DNA of 64,000 nucleotides from an uncultured Bacteroidota bacterium (GCA_963700635.1 CAVOYH010000005.1:96001-160000), one strand, 5' to 3'. Positions 31,370-41,910 are shown, counted from the stretch's first letter. Notes: generated by a model from the letters alone, not told the origin. Numbers and translations: made by a program.

Positions 31370-31574
31370 TGACATGCTTTTCAAGTGCCTCGGTCTCCGT
31401 CACCCCGGCGTTTCTTTGAGACCCGCACAAAATCCCGGCAGCAGTTCCGGCTCTACATCATCCTGATTCATACCCCGGCAGGAAACACACCTGCCCCCAA
31501 ATGTCACAAGGATCTCCGGCGGGCACCACGTATCCAGGTGTGCCTCGATCCCTCATCTTCGAGGAGAGTGCCTC

Positions 31575-31763
31575 ATGAGGAAACAGAACAATCTGAGTAT
31601 TGAACAACGCCGCGTGGCGATTCAAAAGGAAATTGAGGCAATTGCCGTTGATATAGAGCGGGTACGCTCACTCGCAAACCCCGGTGAAATCCCCGAAGCC
31701 GGCAAGGAATCCCAGCACGGACACCCACCGTTGCCATCCCGCCCATCATCCAGACTCAATTAG
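31575..31763 (+). CDS. small hypothetical protein, 62 aa, with an N-terminal coiled coil
   Basis: GAGGAG SD; heptad-like IEQRRVAIQKEIEAIAVDIERV segment; upstream promoter. Confidence 0.55.
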   Translation: MRKQNNLSIEQRRVAIQKEIEAIAVDIERVRSLANPGEIPEAGKESQHGHPPLPSRPSSRLN

Positions 31764-32006
31764 CGGTCACTCAGCCCATGCTACGGCATGCCTTGGGGCG
31801 GCGGTGGTCTTAGCGTTCGTCGCCCCAACCCTTACCCCATCCTCACGATAAGAGACCAGCAGCCTTTTTCCCCGGCCGCTGCTTCCCGGGCGTCCCGGCT
31901 CCACGCCGTATCATTCCTCCTCGCCCGTTTGCTTTACCGCCTGCCGTTTGGTACATTTTGACATGTTCTGTACTCTCCGCCGCCAATCAGAATGAAAGGA
32001 ATCCCC

Positions 32007-32897
32007 ATGAACGTGCTCCGTCCGCTTTTCCATACCGCACTCCTGGTTACCCTTTGTTTCGCGCTCGCCGATGCGCAACCGAAAAAACGTATTGCCGTCG
32101 CCCGCTTTGACGATGGTGCCGCATACCATGGGTGCGGCGCAGGGGTATCCGATATGCTCGCAACAGCGCTTGTGAAATCCGGAAAGTTTCTGGTTACCGA
32201 ACGAAAAGATCTGGACAAGGTGCTGACCGAACAAAAACTTGGCGCAAGCGGCATCGTTACGGCAGAGACCGCTCCGGCCATGGGCCGCGTGCTGGGCGTT
32301 GATATGATCGTCGTGGGCAGCGTTTCCGAATTGGGGACAAAAAAACGCGACGTTGGCGGCGGCATCGGGATTTTTGATGCCGGGGTTTCCTCGAAGACCG
32401 CACGCGCGGCCGTGGATATCCGCCTGGTTAATACAACAACCGGCGAGATCATCGCTGCGGAGACTGAAGAAGGCACGGAATCAACTCTCGGCCTCGGAGT
32501 TCGGTACGACGACATCAATTTCAGCGACATGAGTGCATGGGATGACACCGACCTCGGGAAGGCCGCACGCGAGGCGATCAACAACTGTGTCGAATTGATC
32601 GTGGACAATATGGACGCGATTCCCTGGTCCGGCCGGGTCATCAAAGTGAATGCCGACGGAACCGTCCTCATGAAACCCGGTTCTGAAGGGAACATCACGT
32701 CGGGGATGGAGGTGGAAGTCTACCAGCTCGGCGAGGAAATCAAGGATCCGGATACGGGGCTTTCCATGGGCAACGAGGAGACAAAAGTCGGCCGTCTCAA
32801 GGTGGTATCCGACATGCTGAACGGGAAGGCCTGCAAGGCAAAGGTGGTGTCAGGGCAGGGGATGAAAACGGGAGATGTTGTCAGATTGCCCGAGTAA
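32007..32897 (+). CDS. CsgG/HfaB-family protein with a FlgT-like C-terminal domain
   Basis: Signal peptide; RIAVARFD, DML.TALV.SGKF.V.ER..L..VL.EQ, VDIRLVN.TTGEI; IKDPDTG C-terminal domain. Confidence 0.82.
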   Translation: MNVLRPLFHTALLVTLCFALADAQPKKRIAVARFDDGAAYHGCGAGVSDMLATALVKSGKFLVTERKDLDKVLTEQKLGASGIVTAETAPAMGRVLGVDMIVVGSVSELGTKKRDVGGGIGIFDAGVSSKTARAAVDIRLVNTTTGEIIAAETEEGTESTLGLGVRYDDINFSDMSAWDDTDLGKAAREAINNCVELIVDNMDAIPWSGRVIKVNADGTVLMKPGSEGNITSGMEVEVYQLGEEIKDPDTGLSMGNEETKVGRLKVVSDMLNGKACKAKVVSGQGMKTGDVVRLPE

Positions 32898-32928
32898 ATC
32901 TCAACGGCAGGGAGGGGGCGGACAGCGA

Positions 32929-33543
32929 CTATCGTAAAAAGGACGTATCGCCCGCTCCCTGCCGGATGATAACCGGCTCCTCTCCAGTCAGGTCCAGAAC
33001 GGTCGACTGCTCGGACATGAGCGGACCCGCGTCGAGTATTAACTCCACGGTGTTGCGGTACATATCGATGATTTCCGATGGATCGGTCAGAAAGACGCCC
33101 TTCTCGTCGGTGGCGCTTGTGCTCAGGATGGGATGTCCAAGCTGTTTGACGATCGCGAGCGTCGGTTCACTGGCAGGCACCCGCACGCCGACCGTCTTAC
33201 GCTTCGAGACAAGTATCCTGGGCACACTTTTCATCTTCGCTGCCGGCAGGATAAATGTGTACGGGCCGGGGATCAATCGCTTCATGATTTTGAATGCAGG
33301 ATTGCTGACGTGGGCATACCTGCTGATGTGTGTGAGGTCGGAACAGACAAAACTGAATGGCTTGTCTGCACGCTGCCGCTTGATAAGATATATCCGCTCA
33401 ATAGCCGTCTTGCTTTCGACGCTGCAGCCCAGTCCGTATACGGTGTCGGTCGGGTAAATCACGATGCCGCCGGCAGCGAGAACGTCCGCAGCCCGGTGGA
33501 TGGCCCGGGGTTCAGGGTGAGCGGTATGGATGGAGAGAATCAT
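32929..33543 (-). CDS. Sua5/YciO/YrdC-family (threonylcarbamoyl-AMP synthase-like) protein
   Basis: YPTDTVYGLGC, K.R..DKP, PGPYTFIL, LSTSA, STVLDLT, RQGAG. Confidence 0.9.
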   Translation of the reverse strand: MILSIHTAHPEPRAIHRAADVLAAGGIVIYPTDTVYGLGCSVESKTAIERIYLIKRQRADKPFSFVCSDLTHISRYAHVSNPAFKIMKRLIPGPYTFILPAAKMKSVPRILVSKRKTVGVRVPASEPTLAIVKQLGHPILSTSATDEKGVFLTDPSEIIDMYRNTVELILDAGPLMSEQSTVLDLTGEEPVIIRQGAGDTSFLR

Positions 33544-33591
33544 CGGCTCAGAGATTTCAGGAATTTAAAAACGTAAGAAGAATCGAGCAGA

Positions 33592-34908
33592 ATGGCAACC
33601 GGATCAACATGGCTGGTGACAATTGTGGGACGCCCGAACGTGGGGAAATCCACGTTGTTCAACCGCATCATCGGCCGGCGCCATGCAATCGTGGACGATA
33701 TGCCGGGGGTCACGCGCGACCGGCACTATGGTGAGGCCGACTGGGCCGGGAAAAACTTCACCCTTGTGGATACCGGTGGATTTGTCCCTGATTCCGATGA
33801 TACCATGGAAACCGCGATCCGCGAACAGGCTCAGATCGCCATCGAGGAAGCGAACGTGATCCTGTTTGTGGTGGATGCCGATGCGGGAATTGTGTCAACC
33901 GACCGTGAAATCGCCGAAATTCTCCGGAAGGCCGGCAAACGTGTGGTCCTTGTGGCGAATAAGAGTGACGGAGAAAAGAAAGAAAGCGGATCGACGGAAT
34001 TCTATCAACTCGGGCTGGGAGATCCGGTCCCCGTGTCGGCGCTCGGAGGACGGAAAATTGGTGATCTGCTGGACCTGATCACCCGCGACATTCCCGCGGC
34101 CCCGGCGCTTGATCAGGATCCCCGCGTGAAGATTTCCATCATCGGAAAACCCAATGTCGGCAAATCGTCACTGGTGAACGCGCTGCTCCAGGAAGACCGC
34201 CACATTGTCACCGAAATACCAGGGACGACCCGCGACCCGATTGATGCCGTGCTCAAATATTACGGCGAGGAGTTTCTTCTCATCGATACCGCCGGACTAC
34301 GCCGGAAGAGCAAAGTCAAGGAGTCCGTGGAACTGTACAGCGCGCTCCGAACGATCAAGAGTATTGAACGATGTGATGTTGCGGTGATCATGATCGATGC
34401 GATAGAAGGTGTCGAGCATCAGGATCTGCGGATCATAGAAACCGCGATGGAGAAAAAGACCCCGGCAATCATCGCCGTGAACAAATGGGATCTGGTTGAA
34501 AAGGACGACCGCACCGCTCCGGCCTATGAGCGCGCAATACGCGAACGCCTGCGCATCTATGATTTTCTCCCTGTACTCTTCCTTTCTGCCATCACACGCC
34601 AGCGTATTTATAAACTCATCGAGATCGTGAAGCAGATACATCAGGAGGCGCAGAAGCGGATCACCACCAGCCGGCTTAATGACCTGATCCTTCCGGAGAT
34701 TTCGTCCCATCCGCCACGGAGCAGATCGGGTAAAGAGATCAAGATCAAGTTCATCACGCAGGTGAAGGCCTCTCCGCCGGTCTTCGCCTTCTTCTGTAAT
34801 GACCCCCGCCTGGTCGAGGACACCTACATCCGCTTTCTGGAAAACCGGTTGCGTGACCACTTCGGGTTCACAGGTGTTCCTCTGGTGATCACACTGAAGA
34901 AAAAATGA
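33592..34908 (+). CDS. der: ribosome biogenesis GTPase Der (EngA)
   Basis: Two GxPNVGKS domains, GVTRDR/GTTRD, DTGG/DTAG, KH-like C-terminus. Confidence 0.97.
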   Translation: MATGSTWLVTIVGRPNVGKSTLFNRIIGRRHAIVDDMPGVTRDRHYGEADWAGKNFTLVDTGGFVPDSDDTMETAIREQAQIAIEEANVILFVVDADAGIVSTDREIAEILRKAGKRVVLVANKSDGEKKESGSTEFYQLGLGDPVPVSALGGRKIGDLLDLITRDIPAAPALDQDPRVKISIIGKPNVGKSSLVNALLQEDRHIVTEIPGTTRDPIDAVLKYYGEEFLLIDTAGLRRKSKVKESVELYSALRTIKSIERCDVAVIMIDAIEGVEHQDLRIIETAMEKKTPAIIAVNKWDLVEKDDRTAPAYERAIRERLRIYDFLPVLFLSAITRQRIYKLIEIVKQIHQEAQKRITTSRLNDLILPEISSHPPRSRSGKEIKIKFITQVKASPPVFAFFCNDPRLVEDTYIRFLENRLRDHFGFTGVPLVITLKKK

Positions 34909-36284
34909 ACGGACCACCACGGACAATTATTGTTGTCGGAGGAGTGGCGGCAGGCCCGAGTGCGGCCAGCAAAGCAGCCCGCACGGACCCGAATGCGCGG
35001 GTAATCCTGATCGAACAATCCGACACGATTTCCTACGGTATCTGTGAACTGCCGTATTTTATCGCCGGGCAGGTCCCGCAGAAAGATCTTGTTGTCCATA
35101 CGGCCGAAAGCCTGAAACGTGAGAAGGGCGTGGACGTTCGCCTTCTGCACCGGGTTGAAGAAATTCACCCGGGAGCCCGCCGTCTACGCGTCCGGGATAT
35201 TCAATCGGGACGCGTGTCCGACATGCCTTTTGACCGGCTTATTCTTGCGACCGGGGCCAGCCCCCGCCGGCTGGGTGTACCGGGAGAAGATGCACGGAAT
35301 GTCTTCCACATCCGGACCCTTGACGGGGCAGTCCACCTCCACCACTTCATCGAACAGGAACATCCCCGCCGTGCCGTCATCGTCGGCGCCGGCTACATCG
35401 GGGTGGAAATGGCGGAAGCGCTCCGCTCGCGCGGCATGGATGTCACCATGCTCCAGTCACACGAACTGCCTTTGACCGGAATGGCGGACATTGCCCGCGA
35501 AGCCATCCACCAGACACTACTCCGCCACGGTGTTACCTTCAGAGGTGGCGAAACACCCGTCACGATCGCTACACGGCCCGATGGGACGGCAACACACGTG
35601 CTGACACCGCATGGGACGTATCCGGCGGACCTGGTCGTGGTAGCCATCGGTGTTGTGCCCAATACCGCTCTGGCAGTGGGAGCGGGCATCCGGGTAGGCC
35701 GTTCGGGCGGTATCCTCCCCGACCAGCGACAACACACGTCCGTGCACAACATTTTTGCCGCAGGAGATTGTTGCGAGGTGCGCAACCGGATAACAGGCAC
35801 CTCGATGTATGCGCCCCTTGCGACCATCGCGAGCAGAGCCGGATGGGTGGCAGGAACGAACGCTGCGGGTGGACGGGCGCGGTTTGAAGGCGCGCTTCGT
35901 TCGGTTGCCGTCAAAGTGTTTGAGCTCGAAATCGTCAGGCTTGGCCTGAGCGAAACGGAAGCGCGGGAATCAGGATTTACGCCCGTGTGCCAGACTATCA
36001 CGGCACGGTCCCGCGTCGGGATGATGCCCGGCAGCAGAGCACTCTCCGTCACCCTCATCGCGGACCGGGCCTCGGGACAGTTGTTGGGTGGTACACTGTT
36101 CGGCGAAGAGGGTGCGGTCTTACGCGGCAACGCTCTCGCCGTGGCTTTGCAGCAGCGATGTACCGTGGACGACCTCAGGTCGACCGATTTCGCGTATGCC
36201 CCCACATTCAGTCCACTCTGGGACCCCCTGCTTGTCGCAGCCAACGCTCTCGCGCGAGAGCTTCATCCATCGGACCGATCATGA
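34905..36284 (+). CDS. CoA-disulfide reductase/NADH oxidase-like flavoprotein
   Basis: GGVAAG, SYGICELPY redox Cys, GAGYIG, AAGD, YAPTFS. Confidence 0.88.
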   Translation: MNGPPRTIIVVGGVAAGPSAASKAARTDPNARVILIEQSDTISYGICELPYFIAGQVPQKDLVVHTAESLKREKGVDVRLLHRVEEIHPGARRLRVRDIQSGRVSDMPFDRLILATGASPRRLGVPGEDARNVFHIRTLDGAVHLHHFIEQEHPRRAVIVGAGYIGVEMAEALRSRGMDVTMLQSHELPLTGMADIAREAIHQTLLRHGVTFRGGETPVTIATRPDGTATHVLTPHGTYPADLVVVAIGVVPNTALAVGAGIRVGRSGGILPDQRQHTSVHNIFAAGDCCEVRNRITGTSMYAPLATIASRAGWVAGTNAAGGRARFEGALRSVAVKVFELEIVRLGLSETEARESGFTPVCQTITARSRVGMMPGSRALSVTLIADRASGQLLGGTLFGEEGAVLRGNALAVALQQRCTVDDLRSTDFAYAPTFSPLWDPLLVAANALARELHPSDRS

Positions 36285-36907
36285 AAAACCTGACCATCAT
36301 CGACCATCCCCTCATCAAACGTGACGTTGCGATTCTGCGCGACACCACGACCAGTAACCATCTGTTCCGCACCACCCTCCGGCGGATTTCATCGATTATG
36401 GCATTCACCGTCACGCACGATCTCCGTGTGCGGAAAACCAGGGTACGCACTCCGCTGGAACGGACGACCGGATACATCCTCGCGGACGACATTGTGATCG
36501 TTCCGGTTTTGCGCGCGGGGTTGGGGCTCATCGATGGGTTTATGGATGTCCTACCGGAGGCGCGCGTCGGACACGTCGGGCTTTACCGGAATGAGAAAAC
36601 GCTCGAGCCGGTTGATTACTATTCGAAATTTCCCCAGGGGCTGGGGAAAAGCCGTGTTCTGCTCCTTGATCCGATGCTTGCCACGGGGGGGAGCGCAACG
36701 GCTGCGATTTCATTTCTAAAACGGAGGGGCGCCCGGCATATCCGGTTCGTGGCGCTAGTCGCCGCTCCGGAAGGGGTAAAACGGGTTACCACAGCCCACC
36801 CTGATGTACCCGTCTTTTCAGCTGTTCTGGACCGCGCACTGAACAAATCCGGATACATCCTTCCCGGTCTCGGTGACGCCGGGGATCGGATGTTCGGCAC
36901 GGAATAG
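36281..36907 (+). CDS. upp: uracil phosphoribosyltransferase
   Basis: VPVLRAGLG, DPMLATGGS, YILPGLGDAGDRMFGT. Confidence 0.97.
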   Translation: MKNLTIIDHPLIKRDVAILRDTTTSNHLFRTTLRRISSIMAFTVTHDLRVRKTRVRTPLERTTGYILADDIVIVPVLRAGLGLIDGFMDVLPEARVGHVGLYRNEKTLEPVDYYSKFPQGLGKSRVLLLDPMLATGGSATAAISFLKRRGARHIRFVALVAAPEGVKRVTTAHPDVPVFSAVLDRALNKSGYILPGLGDAGDRMFGTE

Positions 36908-36931
36908 GAGTGTGCCTGCCTCAAGTGCTAC

Positions 36932-36960
36932 TTGATTATCGGGCTCGTACGACCTATATT
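36932..36960 (+). promoter_or_regulatory. sigma70-like promoter TTGATT-N17-TATATT upstream of relA/spoT
   Basis: Near-consensus boxes with 17-bp spacing. Confidence 0.55.
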
Positions 36961-37057
36961 TTCTGGTGATTCCGTTATCTGAACTTCCCAATCGGACGGG
37001 CTGTTCTTACTATAAAGAGCACCACACTTCTGCGCGATGCAGAAGGTACGGGCACCG

Positions 37058-39244
37058 ATGACAAACCCCAAGTACAAGAAGAAGCTTGACGACCTGCTGG
37101 TGCTGTGCCAGAAGAGCCTGCCGCGGGTAGATGAAGCGCTCATACGGCGCGCTTTCGACTTTGGTTTTAATGCCCACCGCCATGATATCCGCGCCTCCGG
37201 TGAACCCTATTTTGACCACCCCTACGCCGTTGCCAAGATTGTAGCCAAGGAAATCGCCCTGGACGACGTGTCGGTTGCGTCCGCACTGCTCCATGACGTC
37301 GCCGAAGACACGGAATACCAGATCAAAGACATCCGCGAGGAGTTCGGCAACACCATCGCTGAAATTGTTGACGGCGTGACAAAGATCTCCGATATCTTCA
37401 AGAGTCATGACGTCACCCAGGCCGAGAGTTACCGCAAGATGCTGCTCTCGATGGTGAATGATATCCGCGTGATGCTGGTCAAGTTCGGAGACCGCCTGCA
37501 TAATATGCGCACGCTGGAATACCTGCCACTGGAAAAACAGCGGCGCCTGTCCAAGGAAACACTGGACATTTATGCTCCGTTTGCCCACCGGTTCGGACTG
37601 GCAAACGTCAAGTGGGAACTGGAAGACCTCTCGTTCAAGCATCTGCACCGGGAAGCGTACGACCAGATCGCCCGCGATCTGAAGTCCCGGCGAAGGGAAC
37701 GTGAACATTATATCCGCAAGTTTTCCTCGCCCATCGAAAAACGGCTGCGCGACGAGGGGTTTAAATTTGAAATCAGCGGCCGCCCCAAACACATCTACAG
37801 CATCTATAACAAGATGATCAAGCGGAACAAGCCGCTTGAAGAAGTGTACGACCTCTTTGCCGTCCGGATTATCCTGGACACGAAGGATCCCAACGACTGC
37901 TTTGCGGTGTACGGCACGGTCTCCGATATCTATATGCCGAATCCGGAACGGTTCAAGAACTACATCTCCGTCCCCAAGAAAAACGGGTATCAGTCCATCC
38001 ATACGACTGTCGTCGGACCGGACGGGAAAATGGTGGAGGTGCAGATCCGGACCATGAACATGCACGAGGTGGCTGAAAAGGGTGTGGCGGCGCACTGGGC
38101 ATACAAGGATAGCGCCGCGTCCGTGGATCCCGAACTCACCAACTGGGTGAGCTGGGTACGGGAAATTTTTGAGAGTTCGGCAGAAGGTCAGGTCCCGACC
38201 CAGCAACTCCTGGAAAGCTTCAAGCTGAATCTCTACCAGGATGAAATTTATGTCTTCACTCCGAAAGGCGAGCTAAAGATTCTGCCCAGTGCCTCAACGC
38301 CCATCGACTTCGCCTATGAGATCCACTCAAAAGTGGGCGACCACTGCATCGCGGCCAAAGTGAACGGCCGGATCGTCCCCCTGGATACACAATTGAGAAG
38401 CGGGGACCAGGTGGAAATTCTGACCTCAAAAAACCAGACCCCGAATCCGGACTGGGAGAAGTTTGTCGGCACGCACAAAGCCAAATCCCATATCCGCCGA
38501 TGGATCAAGGACGAACAACGTAAGGCCATCGATGAAGGGAAAGAGTTATGGGAACGGCGGCTCAAGCGCGCCAAGGTGAGTATCAGTGACGATGACATGA
38601 CCCGGTTTGTGCGGGACAAGAAAATGGAGAACATTTCCCTGTTCTATCTCGGCGTGCGGGAGGGCAAGATTGACGCCGATGAAGTTATTGCGTTGTACCA
38701 GGAGGAACAAAAACATCCGCAACCGGTCGTTGCGGACGACTCCCGCATTGACGGACTCTTCAACAGGTTTATCTCGACGGCACGGAGCGCCTCCGGTGGG
38801 ATTGTGCTCGACGGCACCCATGATAACTTCATGCACAATTATGCCAAATGCTGCCAGCCAATCCCGGGCGATGAGGTGGTCGGGTTCGTGACAACGGGAG
38901 AGGGAGTCAAGATCCACCGGCGCACATGCCATAACATCCAGGCCATGATGAAGAATGACAGCAAACGTATTGTGGATGTGCAATGGCCGTCGGACAACGG
39001 CGTGTTGTTTGTGAGCGGCGTGCGTGTGGCCGGCGACGACCGGCCCTCCATGCTCAACGATCTTACCCATGCCATTTCAACGCATAACAACACCAACATC
39101 CGGAGCGTCAACATCGCATCGGAAGACGGACATTTTGAGGGGACGTTTATCCTGAATGTTGAGAACACGGAGCATTTGAAGGGTGTTCTTGAGAAGATCA
39201 AAAGGGTGCAGGGGATCCGCAGCGCCGAGCGATTCGAGGAGTAG
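37058..39244 (+). CDS. relA: bifunctional (p)ppGpp synthetase/hydrolase
   Basis: R.SGEPY..HP and LLHDV HD domain, GRPKHIYSI, YQSIHT, EVQIRT, plus TGS and ACT domains. Confidence 0.96.
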   Translation: MTNPKYKKKLDDLLVLCQKSLPRVDEALIRRAFDFGFNAHRHDIRASGEPYFDHPYAVAKIVAKEIALDDVSVASALLHDVAEDTEYQIKDIREEFGNTIAEIVDGVTKISDIFKSHDVTQAESYRKMLLSMVNDIRVMLVKFGDRLHNMRTLEYLPLEKQRRLSKETLDIYAPFAHRFGLANVKWELEDLSFKHLHREAYDQIARDLKSRRREREHYIRKFSSPIEKRLRDEGFKFEISGRPKHIYSIYNKMIKRNKPLEEVYDLFAVRIILDTKDPNDCFAVYGTVSDIYMPNPERFKNYISVPKKNGYQSIHTTVVGPDGKMVEVQIRTMNMHEVAEKGVAAHWAYKDSAASVDPELTNWVSWVREIFESSAEGQVPTQQLLESFKLNLYQDEIYVFTPKGELKILPSASTPIDFAYEIHSKVGDHCIAAKVNGRIVPLDTQLRSGDQVEILTSKNQTPNPDWEKFVGTHKAKSHIRRWIKDEQRKAIDEGKELWERRLKRAKVSISDDDMTRFVRDKKMENISLFYLGVREGKIDADEVIALYQEEQKHPQPVVADDSRIDGLFNRFISTARSASGGIVLDGTHDNFMHNYAKCCQPIPGDEVVGFVTTGEGVKIHRRTCHNIQAMMKNDSKRIVDVQWPSDNGVLFVSGVRVAGDDRPSMLNDLTHAISTHNNTNIRSVNIASEDGHFEGTFILNVENTEHLKGVLEKIKRVQGIRSAERFEE

Positions 39245-39246
39245 GG

Positions 39247-39693
39247 ATGGTGCCTGACACGCCGGGGCGGGTTCTGGGAATCGATTACGGTAGCAAGCGG
39301 GTCGGTCTTGCCTTGAGCGACCCTTTGCGCGTGATCGCCGGACCGGTCGGGACATGGAATAACGACGGGACGCTGCTTGAGCGGCTCGCAACTCTGATGG
39401 CCGGTGAGAATGTTACACTGGTGGTTGTCGGGATGCCCTATGCGCCCGACGGTGGCAAGGGGGCAAAAGCCAGGGAGGTTGACGGGTTTATTGCGCAGCT
39501 CAAACGTTTACATCCCGTACCGGTCGTCGAGTGGGATGAAAGTTATACGAGTATTGAAGCCAAACGCGTCCTGATCGCCGGAGGGAAACGACGCAAACAG
39601 AGACGTGCACGCGGTGCAGTCGATCTTATGGCTGCGCGCCTTCTCCTCCAGCAGTATCTTGATGCACAACCGGTTCCGTCACGATCCTCATAA
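39247..39693 (+). CDS. ruvX: YqgF/RuvX-family RNase H-fold protein
   Basis: LGIDYG.KRVGLALSD, VVGMP, DESYTS, VD..AA..LLQ.YLD. Confidence 0.93.
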   Translation: MVPDTPGRVLGIDYGSKRVGLALSDPLRVIAGPVGTWNNDGTLLERLATLMAGENVTLVVVGMPYAPDGGKGAKAREVDGFIAQLKRLHPVPVVEWDESYTSIEAKRVLIAGGKRRKQRRARGAVDLMAARLLLQQYLDAQPVPSRSS

Positions 39694-39699
39694 AAACCC

Positions 39700-40590
39700 G
39701 TGCCCATCCCGTCACTCACACCCGAAGCCGCGCCTCCGGTCGGTCCGTTCCGGGGCGCCCTGCGATGGGTGCGCACGCACAAATTCAAAACCATGCTGTT
39801 TCTGGTCGGCGCGTTTCTGCTCTATGAGATCCTGACCATTCCGTTTTTCAGCATCGTGGGACTCCAGGCGAACACTCCGGGGGAGACCGCATTAATGCGG
39901 CAGCGGGTGCGTGAGGCAGGGCGTGAAGGGAAATCGCTGCGAATCGTGCACACATGGATTCCGATCTCACGGTTGCCCAAATATGTGCTCGATGCCATCG
40001 TCGTGGCGGAGGATGGTACGTTCTACGAACATGGAGGCATTGACTGGTTTGAGGTGCAGGAATCGTTCGAACGGAATATTGAAGAAGGACGCGCCGCCCG
40101 GGGTGCCAGCACGATTACGCAGCAGCTCGCGAAAAACCTGTTTCTTTCCACATCCAAAGACCCGGTGCGGAAACTGAAAGAAGTGTTGATTACCGTGCTG
40201 ATGGAAGGCAGTCTGAGCAAACAGAGGATTCTCGAGTTGTATGTAAACCTGATTGAATGGGGACGCGGAATATTTGGCATCGAAGCTGCAGCCCGCACGT
40301 TCTTTGGCAAATCTGCTTCGGCGTTGACGCTGGACGAAGCGACCAGGCTTGCGGCGGTGATTCCGAGCCCTCTGCGCCACCGGCCCGATGACAACTCGAG
40401 ATATGTGCTGCGGCGCAAGAATATCGTGCTCAACAGGATGTCCGCACGCCGGTACTTTTTCAAATCCACAGAAGAGGAGAATCAATCAAGATCACTCGAA
40501 CAGTCTCCCGAGGGTGAAGGCCCCGTTGCCGCTCCACCAGAAGCGCCACCCGAGCCTCCGGATACCAGTACCACAGACCAGGGAAGCTGA
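39700..40590 (+). CDS. mtgA: monofunctional peptidoglycan transglycosylase
   Basis: AED..FYEH.G.D, RGASTITQQLAKNLFL, RKLKE, LELY.N.IEWG. Confidence 0.92.
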   Translation: MPIPSLTPEAAPPVGPFRGALRWVRTHKFKTMLFLVGAFLLYEILTIPFFSIVGLQANTPGETALMRQRVREAGREGKSLRIVHTWIPISRLPKYVLDAIVVAEDGTFYEHGGIDWFEVQESFERNIEEGRAARGASTITQQLAKNLFLSTSKDPVRKLKEVLITVLMEGSLSKQRILELYVNLIEWGRGIFGIEAAARTFFGKSASALTLDEATRLAAVIPSPLRHRPDDNSRYVLRRKNIVLNRMSARRYFFKSTEEENQSRSLEQSPEGEGPVAAPPEAPPEPPDTSTTDQGS

Positions 40591-40591
40591 C

Positions 40592-41260
40592 ATGGATTAC
40601 AAAGACGTGAACCGTCTCATCGAAGAGGGCGAAGGTTTTACGATCGAGTTCAAACGGAAGTTTTCAACACAGGAAAAGATCGCGCGGGCATTGATCGCAT
40701 TTGCGAACACGAAAGGCGGACATGTTCTTTTCGGAGTGGGTGACGATGGATCGATCGTGGGAGTCGAAAGCGAAAAAAGCGAAGTGGACCTGATCCATGA
40801 AGCCGGGATGGACTTCTGTGTCCCGGAGATCCGCCCGGACATTGATATTGTTCCATTCAACGGCAAGGACGTGGTCGTTGCCACGGTGCAGGAAAGTGAC
40901 GACAAGCCACACTATTTTACGGGAGAATCGAACGGGTATCCCAATGGGGCGGGGACGAGGGTCTATATCCGCGTCAACGACAAAACCGTAATGGCCAGCA
41001 AGGAAGTAGTCAAGATTCTCAGGGATGAGCGGCCTGATTCACCGCCGATGCGTATTGAAATAGGGGAGAATGAGAAACGCCTCTTCCGGCATCTGGATGT
41101 TCACGAGCGGATTACCGCAAAGGAGTTCAGCAATCTTGTGAACATCTCGGAGCACCGTGCATCCCGGATCCTCGTGTCACTGGTGCGGGCAGGCGTGGTG
41201 CGTATTCACACGCTGGAAAAGACCGACTTCTTCACCCTGGCCTACGACGTGCTCAAGTAG
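40592..41260 (+). CDS. Schlafen/AlbA_2-domain protein with a C-terminal wHTH
   Basis: GEG.TIEFK, AFANT.GG..LFGV.D.G motifs; HTH at the C-terminus. Confidence 0.88.
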   Translation: MDYKDVNRLIEEGEGFTIEFKRKFSTQEKIARALIAFANTKGGHVLFGVGDDGSIVGVESEKSEVDLIHEAGMDFCVPEIRPDIDIVPFNGKDVVVATVQESDDKPHYFTGESNGYPNGAGTRVYIRVNDKTVMASKEVVKILRDERPDSPPMRIEIGENEKRLFRHLDVHERITAKEFSNLVNISEHRASRILVSLVRAGVVRIHTLEKTDFFTLAYDVLK

Positions 41261-41810
41261 ATGCTCCGGACCGGGCAATGCGGATCATCTCGAAAACAAC
41301 AATTCCATAGGCGACGGCAACATTGAGGGACTGTTTGGCCCCGAACATGGGTATTTCAATGGCCAGGTCCGCTGCCTCAAGAAACACTGGAGACACTCCT
41401 GTTAACTCATTGCCAATAATGAGACATAAGGGAAATTGATCTAACGTGATATCTGTGTATGCCACGCTCTTGTTCGTGTGCTCCACGACGCACAACCGGA
41501 TTCCTTTCTCCCTCAGAACCTTGATGGCGTCAGCGGGATCACGATGGTAGGTCCAGGGGACTGTTTCCGTGGCTCCCAGAGCGGTTTTTTTGATCTCGTT
41601 CCGCGGTGGGTGAGGAGTAAAGCCTGTCAGTAGTAGCCCTTCAATCCGTGCTCCGTCAGAGGTCCTGAAAATCGACCCGACATTGTACATGCTCCGGATG
41701 TTGTCCAAAAGGGCGTATACCGGGTTTCTGGGAGCACTGTGGACCTCGTCCCCGGAGAGCCGGCGGTCAACGAGTTCCTGGTGGCTGAGTTTTTGGATTC
41801 TGGAGATCAT
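41253..41810 (-). CDS. TrmH/SpoU-family RNA methyltransferase
   Basis: LDNIRS.YNVGSIFRT, IGNE..GV, IPM.G.KQSLNV. Confidence 0.92.
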   Translation of the reverse strand: MISRIQKLSHQELVDRRLSGDEVHSAPRNPVYALLDNIRSMYNVGSIFRTSDGARIEGLLLTGFTPHPPRNEIKKTALGATETVPWTYHRDPADAIKVLREKGIRLCVVEHTNKSVAYTDITLDQFPLCLIIGNELTGVSPVFLEAADLAIEIPMFGAKQSLNVAVAYGIVVFEMIRIARSGAST

Positions 41811-41857
41811 GGTTGTGAGTGGGAAGATACGGGATTTCAGTGAAGGAAGCAAAGAAG

Positions 41858-41886
41858 TTGCTGATTATTGTCCATTTGCGTATATT
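41858..41886 (+). promoter_or_regulatory. sigma70-like promoter TTGCTG-N17-TATATT upstream of cmk
   Basis: 17-bp spacing, in the divergent gap before cmk. Confidence 0.55.
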
Positions 41887-41910
41887 TAATTCTTACGTAA
41901 TGACGTCTCT

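Noticed and set aside
32007-32897. Curli secretion system
   Set aside because: Only a lone CsgG-family gene is present, with no curlin, CsgE or CsgF genes nearby
40592-41260. Schlafen/AlbA_2 gene as an anti-phage system
   Set aside because: It sits tightly in the relA-ruvX-mtgA housekeeping run with core-like composition and no partner genes
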